NCBI GenBank assembly: GCA_032718475.1
Contig: JAUCBJ010008853.1
Span: 1 to 64,000, forward strand
Reading direction: 5' to 3'
Source of the DNA: Nemertoderma westbladi
Taxonomy: Eukaryota; Animalia; Xenacoelomorpha
DNA length: 64,000 nucleotides
Shown: positions 11,015 to 22,663 of the stretch, piece by piece
Numbering within the stretch: position 1 is the stretch's first letter
How the letters are laid out: each line of letters starts with the position of its first letter
The notes under the pieces: model-generated
Seen by the model: the letters and a program-made list of their open reading frames with translations, nothing else
What the model was told of the DNA's origin: nothing
The model's database searches: none
Translations under genes and position numbers: made by a program

Positions 11015-14000
11015 TTACGTTATGGAGTCCCTAGATGTTTGAAGGATTAGGGAGGTGGTCGTGGGAAGAGAATCTTGCCTTCCACAGTTTCCGGAGAGTC
11101 CTCCATTCCCTTCCGATAAACACAAACGACCGACTGGGTGATTGAGTCGCTGCATCCTGAATACAATTCCAGGTTTCCTCTTCGTCCTGGAATAGTGACG
11201 ATAGAAACATCGCTCAAAGTATATGACGGCGTCACAAAGCCGATTCCAGGAGCTATAGTGGTCCGTCGCTCTCTGCAGGAGAGGTGAGAGTCCCTGCGAG
11301 ACGTCTGATGTTCCAGAGCTCCAATCGCTCTCTCTGATCTTCATGAAGGATCCACTCGCGGTGGGGAGGCCCAGATCCACGGCGTCGTCCCTGGCAACAT
11401 GTAATACCGACAGATCTATCCCGGGTTCAAATAACTCCGATCCACCCGTCCGGGTTTCAGGTTCGACTTTCTCCGCTCCCTTGGCTGGTCTAATCTCAGT
11501 CGGAGTAAGATGGGGAGGCCATTCATTCTCCTTACTCAGGAAGTCGGGTTCACCTAACCGGTCTATAGTATCTGTCAGTTCTTGAGGAGTTGCTCCTCTG
11601 GAAGCGATGTCCGTTGGATTAAACTTCTTGGGGCAATATCTCCATTGATCTACATTGGAGCTAAGATTGTCATTATCTGAGGAGTGTGGTGTTCCCTCAG
11701 TTGGGTCGTCTCCCTCACTAGTATCGTCTTCCCATTCACTCACCTGGCAGACACGATCTTGAAGCAGTCTTTCCCTGAGCGTTCTACGGGAAGGTCCAGT
11801 AAGGTACCAACCTACTCTAGTTCTTACCGCATAGGTCTGTAGTGGCTGCGGTTGAGCAGGTCGTTTCTCTAATGTCTCCAGCGCCTCATGCGCGTTTTGG
11901 CCGATGAGTATTTGCACTCCAGGATAATCAGTCTGGAATCGAGGTATGTTAAGATGTTGTATGCTCTCATCCTCGTCCCAATTATAAAGGTCTGCTTGAG
12001 TAGTAGCGAAGTTCTTTATAGCCACCATTTTCACTGACCTTATGCTGTGTTCTCCTAGTTCGTCTTGTGGGGTGGACAACGCGCCTACATAATAATCAGC
12101 AGCTGTTATTGTAGATTTCCAAACTTGCATAATGCCAGACATGTTGAGCTTAGTTTGGAACTTGGGCTGTCCAGCAAATATATCTTCGGCTAGCTCTTTA
12201 TCGATGAATGTTCCTGTGCTGCCGGAGTCCAGGAGGGCGTTCACTACATAACTCCGTTTAGGTCCGTGCACCCTTACCTGCACCACAGGAAACTCTCGGA
12301 TCCCTATATTGGAAGTTGGCGCTTTCCAAGATGGTTGTTGATCGGAAGTAGTTAAGGTAAGGTCGCTGTCTGTGTCTTTCTCATGTACGAGTGCTCGATA
12401 CACTGCGGTGGTGTTTATTAGGTAACAGGATTCGTTTTGGTCGGAGAACTCGTCCGTATAGAATCCTTCCATCTCAGATTGATCAGTGTCGTTCACATCA
12501 CTGAATTGGACATGTAGTTCGGACTCACTTACCTGACTCGGGCTGTTTCGTTCGAATTCCGTGTGCAACAAGATATGATGTTTTGCGCCGCACTTTGCAC
12601 ACCTTGCGTCGGAGTTACAGGTTCGCCGTTGGTGTCCTCGTCTGAGGCAATTATAACACAACCGCTTATCCCACATGACTTCACGTCTATCCTCGAGTGA
12701 TTTCCTCAGGAATTTATCACACGCATTTAAACGGTGGGGCCCGTCGCACAGCACACATTTCGGCTTGATGTTACTTACTTTAACCTGTGCTATGTGGTGC
12801 ACACTTGTTCTTTCCTCGGGCTTTCTCACCTGAATTCTTTTAGGAGACGTAGGAAGGGTTTTTTGTACCGGTTCCCTTCTGTCATTGGGTCGAGACTCGG
12901 ATTTACTTACCTGATCTTTAGGCAATTTATTGACATAATAAGATCTGTCAGTGTCTTTCCCGCTGTCCTCTCCTTGAGAAGTTTGGCTTTCACCGTCGTC
13001 GGTATAACATACTGGTGTTACCCTTCTCCTAGAAACGGGTTTCTCACTTACCTTGTTTTCCAATGTCTTCTCTCTGGACTGCCTTAGGAGCTGTAATTTC
13101 ACTTCTCTATCTAAGAATGACATGAGATCAGTCATGGTAGGGTCTCGTCGTTGTTGTTCCATCATATATAACACCTTCTTGTCCCAGCGTGTACCTACTC
13201 CACCCTTGGGCAGAGTAGATGCTAAGGCTCCTACAACCATAGAATTCTGGTATTCATGAGACTTACCTAACCAATCTAGTTGTCTACAGATCTCCTGAAT
13301 CTCATCGGAAAACTCTATAATCCCGCTGCTAAGAAACTTTCGGGGCGCCATTAATTTCGCATATAAATACCTAGCTATGTTAGTCCTATTACCATACCTG
13401 ATGTTTAGTGTATCCCAAACTTGTCTTAATCCGTCTGGATGTCCAATAAACTTTAACGCCATTAACTTGGGAGATCCTTCCAAGCACTCGATGAGGTATC
13501 TCAGTTTTTCTCCATTAGATAGTACAGAGTTCTGTATGTTATCTTTGTAATATTCATTAAAAGGTAACCATTTCATCTCATCTCCATTGAACTTGACGAT
13601 CTCTCCCACCTTTACCGCTTGCCGGGCTTCGGTTCTAGCCATTTGACGCGTAAAACTTTCTTGGGCCATCGTGCTATTTAATATCGAGTTATCGGTATAT
13701 AAATTTCTCGGATTATGATCAGTTCTATATGGAATATCATTATCCACAGGTCTATAATTACCCTTAATAGGGTTCACTATAGGAGTTTCTACTTCGCTAG
13801 CAGTATAAATGCGTGTAGGTTCCACACCTTGCGCATGAGATACTTCAGACCTAACGGGTTGACACATTGTTACAGGGGGTTGTGGTATACCCTTTTGTAA
13901 ATTTACTAATTTATCGCGTTCTAGCGCGATACTTTGCTGCACTTCTTGCAACTTTAGCCTACTTTCCCTCACTGTTCCCTTTAAATGTTGGACAGTCCCT

Positions 14001-15121
14001 TCCAACTCTCGGACCTGTTGGGAGGAGCGTATCCGATTCTCCTTCATCTCTCCGAGGAGAATATCCATCCCCCGCCGTCTCTCGTCTACCCAATCAACCG
14101 CCGAAACGGGATCCGCCAACGTCGTAGCGGGCAGACGAGGGACAACGGGCGACAAATTTGGAATATTTCGCTCGGGGTCCAGGACCTGAACTGTCTCCTG
14201 GGCAGTTCTACGGGGCACAGGTAGCTTAGTGCTATGCAGAGGGAATTTATAGGTAGCTTCAGGGAGCACAGGTGTATCTATTACCAAAGGGGTGATTTCA
14301 AGAACAGGCCTACTTATTTCAGGCTCATCTACTATAGTAGGGAGTCTTTCTATTGTAATTATTTGGTCTGTTGGTTCTGTACTCTCTAAGTTGGTGTTAT
14401 TTAGTTGCCTTCTAACAGCTGGAGGCAAATCAGGCAATTTCTGACGGTGGAATGTTCTTTTACGTCTACTTAGACGAGATCTATTTCCCTTGCCTTCAGT
14501 ATCGGTGGTATCGCCTTCCTCAGATGATGTATATCCCTGTCGTTTGGGAGTAGATCGATTCATCATCTGCATATTACTAGCTGTTAACTGTTTATTTATG
14601 CAGTCTTGATTCTCCTGAATGTATTCCAATTCTAGTTGGGTGGTTTCTTCAGTCGCTCTCCGTTCGGCTTCTGCCACTGCCTCTGCGGCCCTTCTCTCAG
14701 CCTCGGCCACCCTTCTTTCAGCTTCGGCCGCTGCCGCTGCCGCCCTTGCCTTTGCCGCTGCCGCCTTTCTTTCCACTTCGGCCGCTGCCATGGCTGCTGC
14801 TACTGCCGCTGCCTTTCTGTCTTCTATAAGTTTTTTCTTTACTTGCTCTTCTTGGACTCTAGTGATGCGGAGGAGTTCATCAAATTTAGCTTGGTTCGCA
14901 GCTAACATTTCCGCATCGATGGCATCCAATACAAGCTTGGTTCCTTCACTATTAGGGCTAAGCCCCTCCAGCCTTCTCCTCAACTCGTCATCACCTAAAA
15001 AACGTTGATAGTCTGACAGATAGATGTCAATGGCATCTCTCTTATGCGGCTTCTCTGCTGTCACTTCGCTCTCGGTTGTATCTAGTAGACTGTCTGACAG
15101 GTTCTGCTTTGCGTCAGACAT
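11015..15121 (-). CDS. gag-pro: BEL/Pao Gag-protease polyprotein (1368 aa) with in-frame loss of RT, most RNase H and integrase core
   Basis: Coiled-coil N-terminus; DUF1759-like KFNGD..W..F...KLRYLIECLEG; three BEL zinc knuckles (CVLCDGPHRLNAC, CYNCLRRGHQRRTC, CAKCGAKHHILLH); protease LLDSGS; then only WRYCP..NPTDIASRG, YSSWNRL and HPVGRLCL remnants of pol. Confidence 0.9.
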   Translation of the reverse strand: MSDAKQNLSDSLLDTTESEVTAEKPHKRDAIDIYLSDYQRFLGDDELRRRLEGLSPNSEGTKLVLDAIDAEMLAANQAKFDELLRITRVQEEQVKKKLIEDRKAAAVAAAMAAAEVERKAAAAKARAAAAAAEAERRVAEAERRAAEAVAEAERRATEETTQLELEYIQENQDCINKQLTASNMQMMNRSTPKRQGYTSSEEGDTTDTEGKGNRSRLSRRKRTFHRQKLPDLPPAVRRQLNNTNLESTEPTDQIITIERLPTIVDEPEISRPVLEITPLVIDTPVLPEATYKFPLHSTKLPVPRRTAQETVQVLDPERNIPNLSPVVPRLPATTLADPVSAVDWVDERRRGMDILLGEMKENRIRSSQQVRELEGTVQHLKGTVRESRLKLQEVQQSIALERDKLVNLQKGIPQPPVTMCQPVRSEVSHAQGVEPTRIYTASEVETPIVNPIKGNYRPVDNDIPYRTDHNPRNLYTDNSILNSTMAQESFTRQMARTEARQAVKVGEIVKFNGDEMKWLPFNEYYKDNIQNSVLSNGEKLRYLIECLEGSPKLMALKFIGHPDGLRQVWDTLNIRYGNRTNIARYLYAKLMAPRKFLSSGIIEFSDEIQEICRQLDWLGKSHEYQNSMVVGALASTLPKGGVGTRWDKKVLYMMEQQRRDPTMTDLMSFLDREVKLQLLRQSREKTLENKVSEKPVSRRRVTPVCYTDDGESQTSQGEDSGKDTDRSYYVNKLPKDQVSKSESRPNDRREPVQKTLPTSPKRIQVRKPEERTSVHHIAQVKVSNIKPKCVLCDGPHRLNACDKFLRKSLEDRREVMWDKRLCYNCLRRGHQRRTCNSDARCAKCGAKHHILLHTEFERNSPSQVSESELHVQFSDVNDTDQSEMEGFYTDEFSDQNESCYLINTTAVYRALVHEKDTDSDLTLTTSDQQPSWKAPTSNIGIREFPVVQVRVHGPKRSYVVNALLDSGSTGTFIDKELAEDIFAGQPKFQTKLNMSGIMQVWKSTITAADYYVGALSTPQDELGEHSIRSVKMVAIKNFATTQADLYNWDEDESIQHLNIPRFQTDYPGVQILIGQNAHEALETLEKRPAQPQPLQTYAVRTRVGWYLTGPSRRTLRERLLQDRVCQVSEWEDDTSEGDDPTEGTPHSSDNDNLSSNVDQWRYCPKKFNPTDIASRGATPQELTDTIDRLGEPDFLSKENEWPPHLTPTEIRPAKGAEKVEPETRTGGSELFEPGIDLSVLHVARDDAVDLGLPTASGSFMKIRESDWSSGTSDVSQGLSPLLQRATDHYSSWNRLCDAVIYFERCFYRHYSRTKRKPGIVFRMQRLNHPVGRLCLSEGNGGLSGNCGRQDSLPTTTSLILQTSRDSIT

Positions 15122-16499
15122 GTTTGTTTATACAGTTGAATGCCTACTGCTATATTACAGTTAAAGCAAGTCTAGCAATTCAGTATCACTGTTAGCCTAA
15201 TAATTAATTACCGATACTGCTACTCAATGTAGCGTGATATATATAATATATTAGAATACCGGTATACTTATAGTATATATAACTATATAAGTATTATTAC
15301 AGACTAGGTTTATCACAGAATACCGGTATAATTTTAGCACAAATATATATAAATATATAATAGGCCTATCTGGAATACCGGTATACAGCTTACAGTTTGT
15401 AGGATATATAATTCTGAAATAGAATTAATTACACGTACCGGTGTAATTTCAGCCTAGATTTATAGAAATAAAGATAATAGGCCTATCGTAAATACCGGTA
15501 TATCAATTATTTTAAAATAACTGAATTTCTGAATTTCAAGGGTTACTTGGTTACTTTACTTACTTTATTAACGTTATTTGAGCAGTAATCCAACTGATAT
15601 TGAGACCTAATTGTTGTATGGCAGGCCTACTATTTATAAATCGTTTGAGTTGATTTATAATATATATATACCCGTTTTAATGGGTTTTGTCAATGTTGAA
15701 ATAAATGTTATTATTTCTGGGGAGTAATCACTACACAAAGCGGTGCGCTTTCAGTGAAGTGTTACTTATAGGACACTAAAACAAATAATTCTAATTTACC
15801 TAAGTTACTTAATACTACAAATTACGTACGATTCGGGTTGAGATTACAATCTCTAAATAAACACAAAAATTTTACAAAAAACACAAAATACGAATTTTTA
15901 GGGTAATTTTACAAGAAGTCTACAAACCAGCCTAACAAAGGGTTAGATAACCGGTTATTACAACGGACAGGGTACTACGGTATTTGAAATAATAAGTAGT
16001 AGTAAATACACTGCGTTGTCTAGATAGGAAAATGCCACCGCCTGACGACCTATAGCCGTATCGCTATAGGTTCTACGTTATGTATCACGGAGTGTTCCTA
16101 CCTAGAAGTTAATAGAGCTAATCGAATGTGCCTATCAACCACTTTACAACACAAATATAATGCCTACACTAATTATTTTCGGAAAGCACTGTACACTAAA
16201 CCCTAAATTAGGTACGAGTACTTGTACAACAGATAATCAGTAGTTAAATATACTTGAACAGCTAAAAGAACCACGGCATCTGCTGGAGTGACCGATGCAC
16301 AAAATCACCAGTCTTTACCTACGCCGAGCAGCCCGTGTAGTACCGGGGTTAATTTAACTATAGCGGTATGTATAACAAACACAATTACTGTAGGAGCAAA
16401 CTTGGGGAATGAATGTTGCGGATAATCGCATAAACTCTGAATAATAAATATTACGCTACGCGTACAAACTACTCAAACAAAATACAGACCGAACACTGA

Positions 16500-17010
16500 C
16501 AGACTACTATCAAGCCTAAACAAACTACGGTATATGCAGACTCCGAAATGATTAGGGAGTATGCGCTCTAACCCAGTAGTGCGACTTATTCTTTAGTTGG
16601 GGGTTTACCTTACAGCGTTCGCTGCCCCTACTGCCTAACCGTACTTAATCGGACAGATGATCTACACACGCGGCAATCCGTTCAGACCTAATAACAGCCA
16701 GACAACTATCCAGCCTACAAATTATCTAAATAAAATTATACGCCACCCGTACAGACTTACACAAACAAAGTACAGACTAAACGATGGCAGACCACTCTCA
16801 AGCCTAAATAAACTACAGGACATGCAGACTCCGAAATGATTAGGGAGTATGCGCTCTAACCCAGTAGTGCGACTTATTCTTTAGTTGGGGGTTTACCTTA
16901 CAGCGTTCGCTGCCCCTACTGCCTAATCGTACTTAATCGGACAGATGATCTACACACACTGCAATTCGTTTGGACTTAACAGCAATCAGACAACAGCTCA
17001 GCCTACAAAT
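16500..17010 (-). repeat. 288-bp-period tandem duplication in the 5' leader of BEL element 2
   Basis: ATGCAGACTCCG...GATCTACACAC at 16534 and 16822, nearly identical core. Confidence 0.9.
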
Positions 17011-17292
17011 CGTCTGCACAATCTGATCAGGTTTACACGCCTTCTGTTCAATACTGGCCTACAAATAAATAAAGCTGACAGAAATAGGCCTAAGTAAAAA
17101 TCCCAATAAAAACCAGGCGTCCCCGATTAATTATTAAGACCTACCGGCATATATAATCAAATCGAATAATACTGCTGTACTTATACGGAAGTACCGGTTA
17201 GGACAGTTAGGCCTACTGACCTACAGATGGACCGTTCAGGTTTACCGGTTGACCGGTACTTTCAACTTTATTGCTTACCGCAATAAAGAAGC

Positions 17293-17304
17293 TATATCCT
17301 TTAA
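17293..17304 (-). promoter_or_regulatory. PBS-position sequence TTAAAGGATATA (non-canonical, no TGG)
   Basis: Immediately follows the CA end of the 5' LTR on the sense strand; exact complement of the LTR motif at 18072-18083. Confidence 0.6.
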
Positions 17305-18525
17305 TGTTGGCGCTTTCAGACCTTTGGCAGTTTAACCCACCAAATTAAGATGTCTTCCAGATATTAAATCGGTTTTTAGTCTATGACAAGTATTTGATTC
17401 ACTACACTAGTCGAAACCAATCTGTGCGCGATCATTCACCCGCTGGATATTCCCGGGAGATTGGGTTCGACGGTTTAATTTTATTGCTATGTAAGCCTAA
17501 TGTATTATTCGACTGACAGTATTATATAATCTCTGACAATATTATTCACCTTCGGGAATATTAACAGTTCCTTTAGGACGTGGCGCTTTATCTATATAAA
17601 CAGAGTTATGACTTAAACTACTCACAACGATATGGCTTAATTATAATTCACATATATGGCGCATTCTTTAGGAATGCTTCTTTAACAGACTCACTCATAC
17701 ACAATGCTGCACAATACTGCACACTAATCTGCCGATCTTCACTGATTTTAGTCACATATAAAAGGAACACAGACTGACTCATGTAGGGTCTATCAAATAA
17801 CATTAGATTCACTTCAAACCACTTTAACATAAGTCACAATCGTTTATCTGTAACCTTTCTCTCTTACCTTCGGTACATCAAGAATATTGGGTTTCGGGGT
17901 TATTTCTCGTTATTCCAATATAATAATTCATCAACCATATTATGAAGAACTGACAGTAAATAGCAGTATAAAACAACAACTGAACACTGATTGTTATGAG
18001 ATTGCAATGTTTCAGCAGTCAGTATGTATGATCAGTTAGCAGTGATTCCATGAGTTTGATCGGTATGTCAGTTAAAGGATATATGCTCTTATAATTAAAC
18101 CTACTAGTGTAAGACTAAAAACTGAAAACACGGAGGTGCCAAAAGCCGGTTCTTAGGCTCTGGGCAAAAACATAACACTGAACTACTGAGTTTCTGTATA
18201 TACCTTCAACACAGAGACAACAAACGCTCTGATTGGTCAACCTGAACAACGAGAGAACAGAGAAACAAAGAAACGTCGACGTGGCAATATCAGCTGCTAG
18301 CCGTCGTCATGGTAGCGACACTGTTTTCAAGAGTATCGAGCTTTTACGTCACGGAATTACGGATTATGTCCTCTAAAGTACAAATACAGAAGAAATAGCT
18401 TTTATGTCCGCTAAAACACCAGTACAGCAAGGACACGGCCTTTTTATGCCTGGTAAACCAACTACAGAGTATTTTACGGGAAAAATAAGGAAAAATAACC
18501 GGACAATTCAGCAAAAGCTTTTACA
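17305..18525 (-). repeat. 5' LTR of BEL element 2
   Basis: Direct repeat of 6771-7991, flanked by the TSD AACTG. Confidence 0.95.
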
Positions 18526-18646
18526 AACTGAGATACTAGTTAAAATTAAATTAAAACAATAATGTGACCATATAATTAGATAAAATTTAATTAGTTCCGT
18601 AACTTATGTAAAAAAGGATATTCCGTAATGATTAAAATTTGACGTA

Positions 18647-19830
18647 TTAACTGCGCATTTGGGGTCGATCAGTGGTCATCAGCCAGATTGCTGTTCGTAG
18701 GCGGGATCTGCAAAGGGGGATAGCCTGGCATTCCAGGTAATGTTGTTTGGTGGTCGCTGAGCAACCACACATCCAGCATTCACAGCAATCAGCTGGCCTC
18801 CAACAACTGGGATTGGGTGCAGATGCGGTGGTTGTATCCATTTGATATCAGCTGTGCGGCATAGCGGCGGCGTAAACCGGAGAGTCCAGTAACGTCTATG
18901 TCGGACGCGTCTGGATGGTCAATGGCGTGGAGGATTGCAGTAGACGAGGCAAACTTGCTGATTCCGCACCATAACTTCCAGTGGAACGCTCGCACCCGTT
19001 GCACGTGGTCCAGTTGTGTAATGTCGCTACTCGTGAAAATACTGCACCCGTATGTTGTCGATGGAAGGACGATTGATTGCCATAAACGTTGTGCCGATTG
19101 TTGGGATACTATACGAAGATTAACTTTTGTAGCGATTAATACACAACTTGATATGCCTTTAGAATACATGTGACCTTAATGCCCGCTAGCCCCATTTTTG
19201 GTTGATAGGATTACTCCTAAGTATTGAAAACAGTTCTGGAATTCCAATACTTGCCCGTTGTATTCCAGAACATCAGTGCGTGCCAATCTACCTCCACAGC
19301 GAAACTTAACGGCTTTAGTCTTTGTGATATTGACTTCGAGTTTGTTAAGTTTACAATAATCAGCGAGTTTATTCAAACTACAGTAGATTGTACGTCTGCG
19401 ATCGAGTCTCCGACAATTACTAGGTCGTCGGCGTACATTATCACCCAGATAGTAGCGAACACAATGTATGCGGGAAGGTCTGCCACGAAGAGACTAAATA
19501 ATAGTGGGGTGAGTTTGTCGCCTTGGACTACTCCAACCGTTTGAGCGATCGGTTCCAACACGTGCACTCGACGCAGATGCAAACGAAGTTTATCGAGATC
19601 AAGGCCCAAATCGCGCTGATAAACTTTCGGCTCAATCCCACATTCGATAGTTTCATGCAGAGTATCTCGCGGTTTATTGAGTCAAAACATTTCCGGAAGT
19701 CTACAAAGACGCAATAAACGTGCCCGCCTGCTGGTTGTATAGCGATGTTAATACGGTTATATAAACATCTAACGGCGTCTATCGTAGATTGCGACTTCCT
19801 GAACCCGTATTGAGCGCCAGGGAACGCGCC
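18647..19830 (-). mobile_element. 5'-truncated LINE, RT plus C-terminal cysteine motif (RTEX/Proto2-like, clade uncertain)
   Basis: QYGFRK, FVDFRKCFDSI, GVVQGDKLTPLLFSLF, MYADDL, LEVNITKTK, FQYLGV and CWMCG...HYLEC; frameshifted. Confidence 0.8.
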
Positions 19831-22534
19831 GCGGCGCTTACAATTACAAACACCATTATTTCACACATACCACACCACCCACACATACGTACACACATTA
19901 ATTGTTTACTTTATCACAGTATATTCTAAGTTGTGTAAGTTACTTGTTGCTATGTTATGGAGTCACGGTCATATATTGTATAATAGTGATTTTTAATGCT
20001 ATCCTTGTAAGTTTTTAGTTTTCCTATTTGTTTTAGAGTAATAAGAGATGCGTTCCAGATTTTTGTAGCACTGACAGTTAAACTTTTAAATCCGTAGTTG
20101 TTCCTAGTAGTAGGTATTTTAATATTATGTGTTCTGGGATTTATTAAGTATGCGTTTGTTCTTATAGTATTAAGAAATGGTAGTTGTAGTTTCTTAAATG
20201 GTGTACTTAGATTAATACAGCTTTGGTGAACTAAAGCAATTTATTGGGAAGGATTACTCCACATCATTGGGTGTTGGGACAGTACAATAAATGCCTTATA
20301 GTTTATCTGTCAAATTGAGAAGATTATAAATTATTGGAATGTCAGTGAAATATCTTAGGCTGCCTGCATACTAGCTTAATAACAGTCAAGAGTAGTGATT
20401 GGCCAGGTGTTCTTTCCTACGGGCAAGGGAGATACAGCAGCTCTGATTTACCTGGCTTACTGGATATTCTACACCACAATCCAATATTGGAGGCAGCAGG
20501 TCATACCTATTTGCAGGGAAATTGGCTAAATTACGAAATCGGTTATTTGTTGTATTTATATCTATGTGTATTCATATTTAATTGTCCTAATTCATAAATG
20601 GTCACTCAGAAGTTAAAATAGTCTTATATTACTTTCATTTGTTTATAAACGACTGGCAATGCGGCAATTGCAATTTCTTAGTTCATTAATTAACAATTAC
20701 ATAATTATTCGCATTTTTTATGAATTGATTAATAGGCCTAATTTTGATAATAGTTTACATTTTGTATGTATAGTACCCACTGTACATAAGTAACATAAGT
20801 AACATAATACATAGTGCAGTAGTGGGTGCCAAGGTCCAGCGCAGCGCAGAGGCAACAGCGGTGCCTGCGATTTAATCATTCGATTGCGCAGATTGGGCAG
20901 TATTACAAGAATTATAAGTGTTACTTCCCTTAGCACTTAGAGCAGAGCAGTCAATCACCAAGGGCACTGGTTGCTGTGGCTGCAGCCAGAAGTTCAGAGC
21001 AGAGAGGGCAGAGGGAGTGGCTGTAGCCGGCGCTGATTAAAACCGGCGCTGATTTATTGGTTTAACAATTACGGAAGTGCCTTAAAAATCGCATTTAGCT
21101 GTTTAAAAATTTTGGCTCGCTTCGCTCGGCCGAAATTTTTTCTGCTGTATGGTTGTATGGTACTGCTGTACAGGGATATAGGTACAGCTGCAGTGCAGTA
21201 CTGACATTGGCAGACTGGTTTCACTCCTTCAAAATTTAAATTGCATTGGCTGATTGGCGCGGCGCTCTTCAAAATTGTTTCTATGTGCGGCACGCTTAAA
21301 AATTCCGTTGGGGCGGGGTTTGCTTCGAAATTGCATCGGCGCGCATAATGGTCGGCGCGCTATCCGGCGCACTTTTTGGATGGATTCCATACAGGTAAAC
21401 AAGGCCATGCCATCAAGTTAACTGGGGGCCGTGACTGGGGGCAAAATTTTTTTTACAACAATTTGATATTTTGATATGGGGAGAGTTCTATAAATTTTCA
21501 TTTGCTGTAATTTGGTCAATGCAGCAATGGACGTAATTGAAAATAATTTATAATTTATTGAAAGTATATTATTGAAAGTTGTTATTGAAAATATATTACT
21601 ATATTATTACTATATATTATATAAAATCGAAACCGCTCTGGCATACATTACGTTCTATTGATTTTATTCCGGTTTAAAGTTGGCGTAACGGTCGTGCCTG
21701 AAATGGACAAGCTTTTTAGAGACTCTCCTACACATTATAAATTTCTATCGAATTTATTGTACTTATTTGCCGTTACCTACTGACTTATGTCAGACTAACA
21801 TGTTAATAGATAGAGTTTTAAATGAAATTAACAGTAAGGCAATATAATATCATTAGAGAATGTGGCAATCAATTAACCAGCGTAACGGTCGTGACATAGT
21901 TTTGTAACGGTCTGACGGTTGTGACATTATCGATTTTCACATAGGTTTGCTTATGGTCAGAGAATGATCCAACTCTGTAACTTGGCAATCGATCAAATCC
22001 ATTCATCTGAATGGCACAGTAGAGTAACCTAAAGTAAATTCCCTATACAATGTTCTGAAGGGGAGACTGACAGAGTAATTCAACAATAAAACATTTTGCA
22101 ATAATGTTGGCATTAATGTAGCCAACTCACTGTGTACTTAACAGCCATTCAGCTTACATTAGCAGAGTGAGATATTCCCATAGATTGCATTGGGAAGAGT
22201 AATTCAGCTGAGGCGATATTAGATTTCAAACTAAACCAACCAGTTAATGTTTGCTTTGACAGAGAGTGGTGGCCTATACAAACAGTATGGGTGTACTGAG
22301 TATAATAATCTTGGCAACCTCATCAATTTATTACTAAGCCTTGTGTAGAAATGCATTACATAAGCTATTTTTCATCACGACACCAGCTGTTATTGGTGTT
22401 ATTTTACCATTGCGCCTATGGCGTTTTTTCGTTTATCTCTATTTTTCGAGTCCTGAGGCTATGGACAAATTATATATATATTAAAATGTTTACATAATTT
22501 ACATATTAAAATAAGTACGTACGCGGTTAAATTT

Positions 22535-22605
22535 AATTGAATAATATAAATCGATAAAATTCATAAAATGATTTTATGAATTTTATCGATTTATATTATT
22601 CAATT
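22535..22605. repeat. Perfect 71-bp palindrome (35-bp arms, 1-nt centre)
   Basis: AATTGAATAATATAAATCGATAAAATTCATAAAAT-G-ATTTTATGAATTTTATCGATTTATATTATTCAATT. Confidence 0.95.
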
Positions 22606-22619
22606 TTAATATATATTTA

Positions 22620-22663
22620 TATCACTGAAGACGTGTGTTAATACACGAAATGGCCATATGATA
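22620..22663 (+). ncRNA. Minimal type I hammerhead ribozyme, Penelope-like element type
   Basis: Stem I TATCA/TGATA; core CTGAAGA; stem II GTGTG-TTAA-TACAC; GAAA; palindromic stem III TGGCCA; AUA cleavage triplet. Confidence 0.7.

Larger units (their letters stand above)
6771..18525 (-). mobile_element. Complete non-autonomous BEL/Pao LTR retrotransposon 2 (11.75 kb)
   Basis: Two 1221-bp TG...CA LTRs; 5-bp TSD AACTG at 6766-6770 and 18526-18530; PPT at 7992-8000; BEL-type gag-protease ORF. Confidence 0.95.

Noticed and set aside
16042-16072. CTGACGA followed by a CCTATAGC/GCTATAGG hairpin
   Set aside because: No GAAA after the stem, so it is a plain hairpin rather than a hammerhead.
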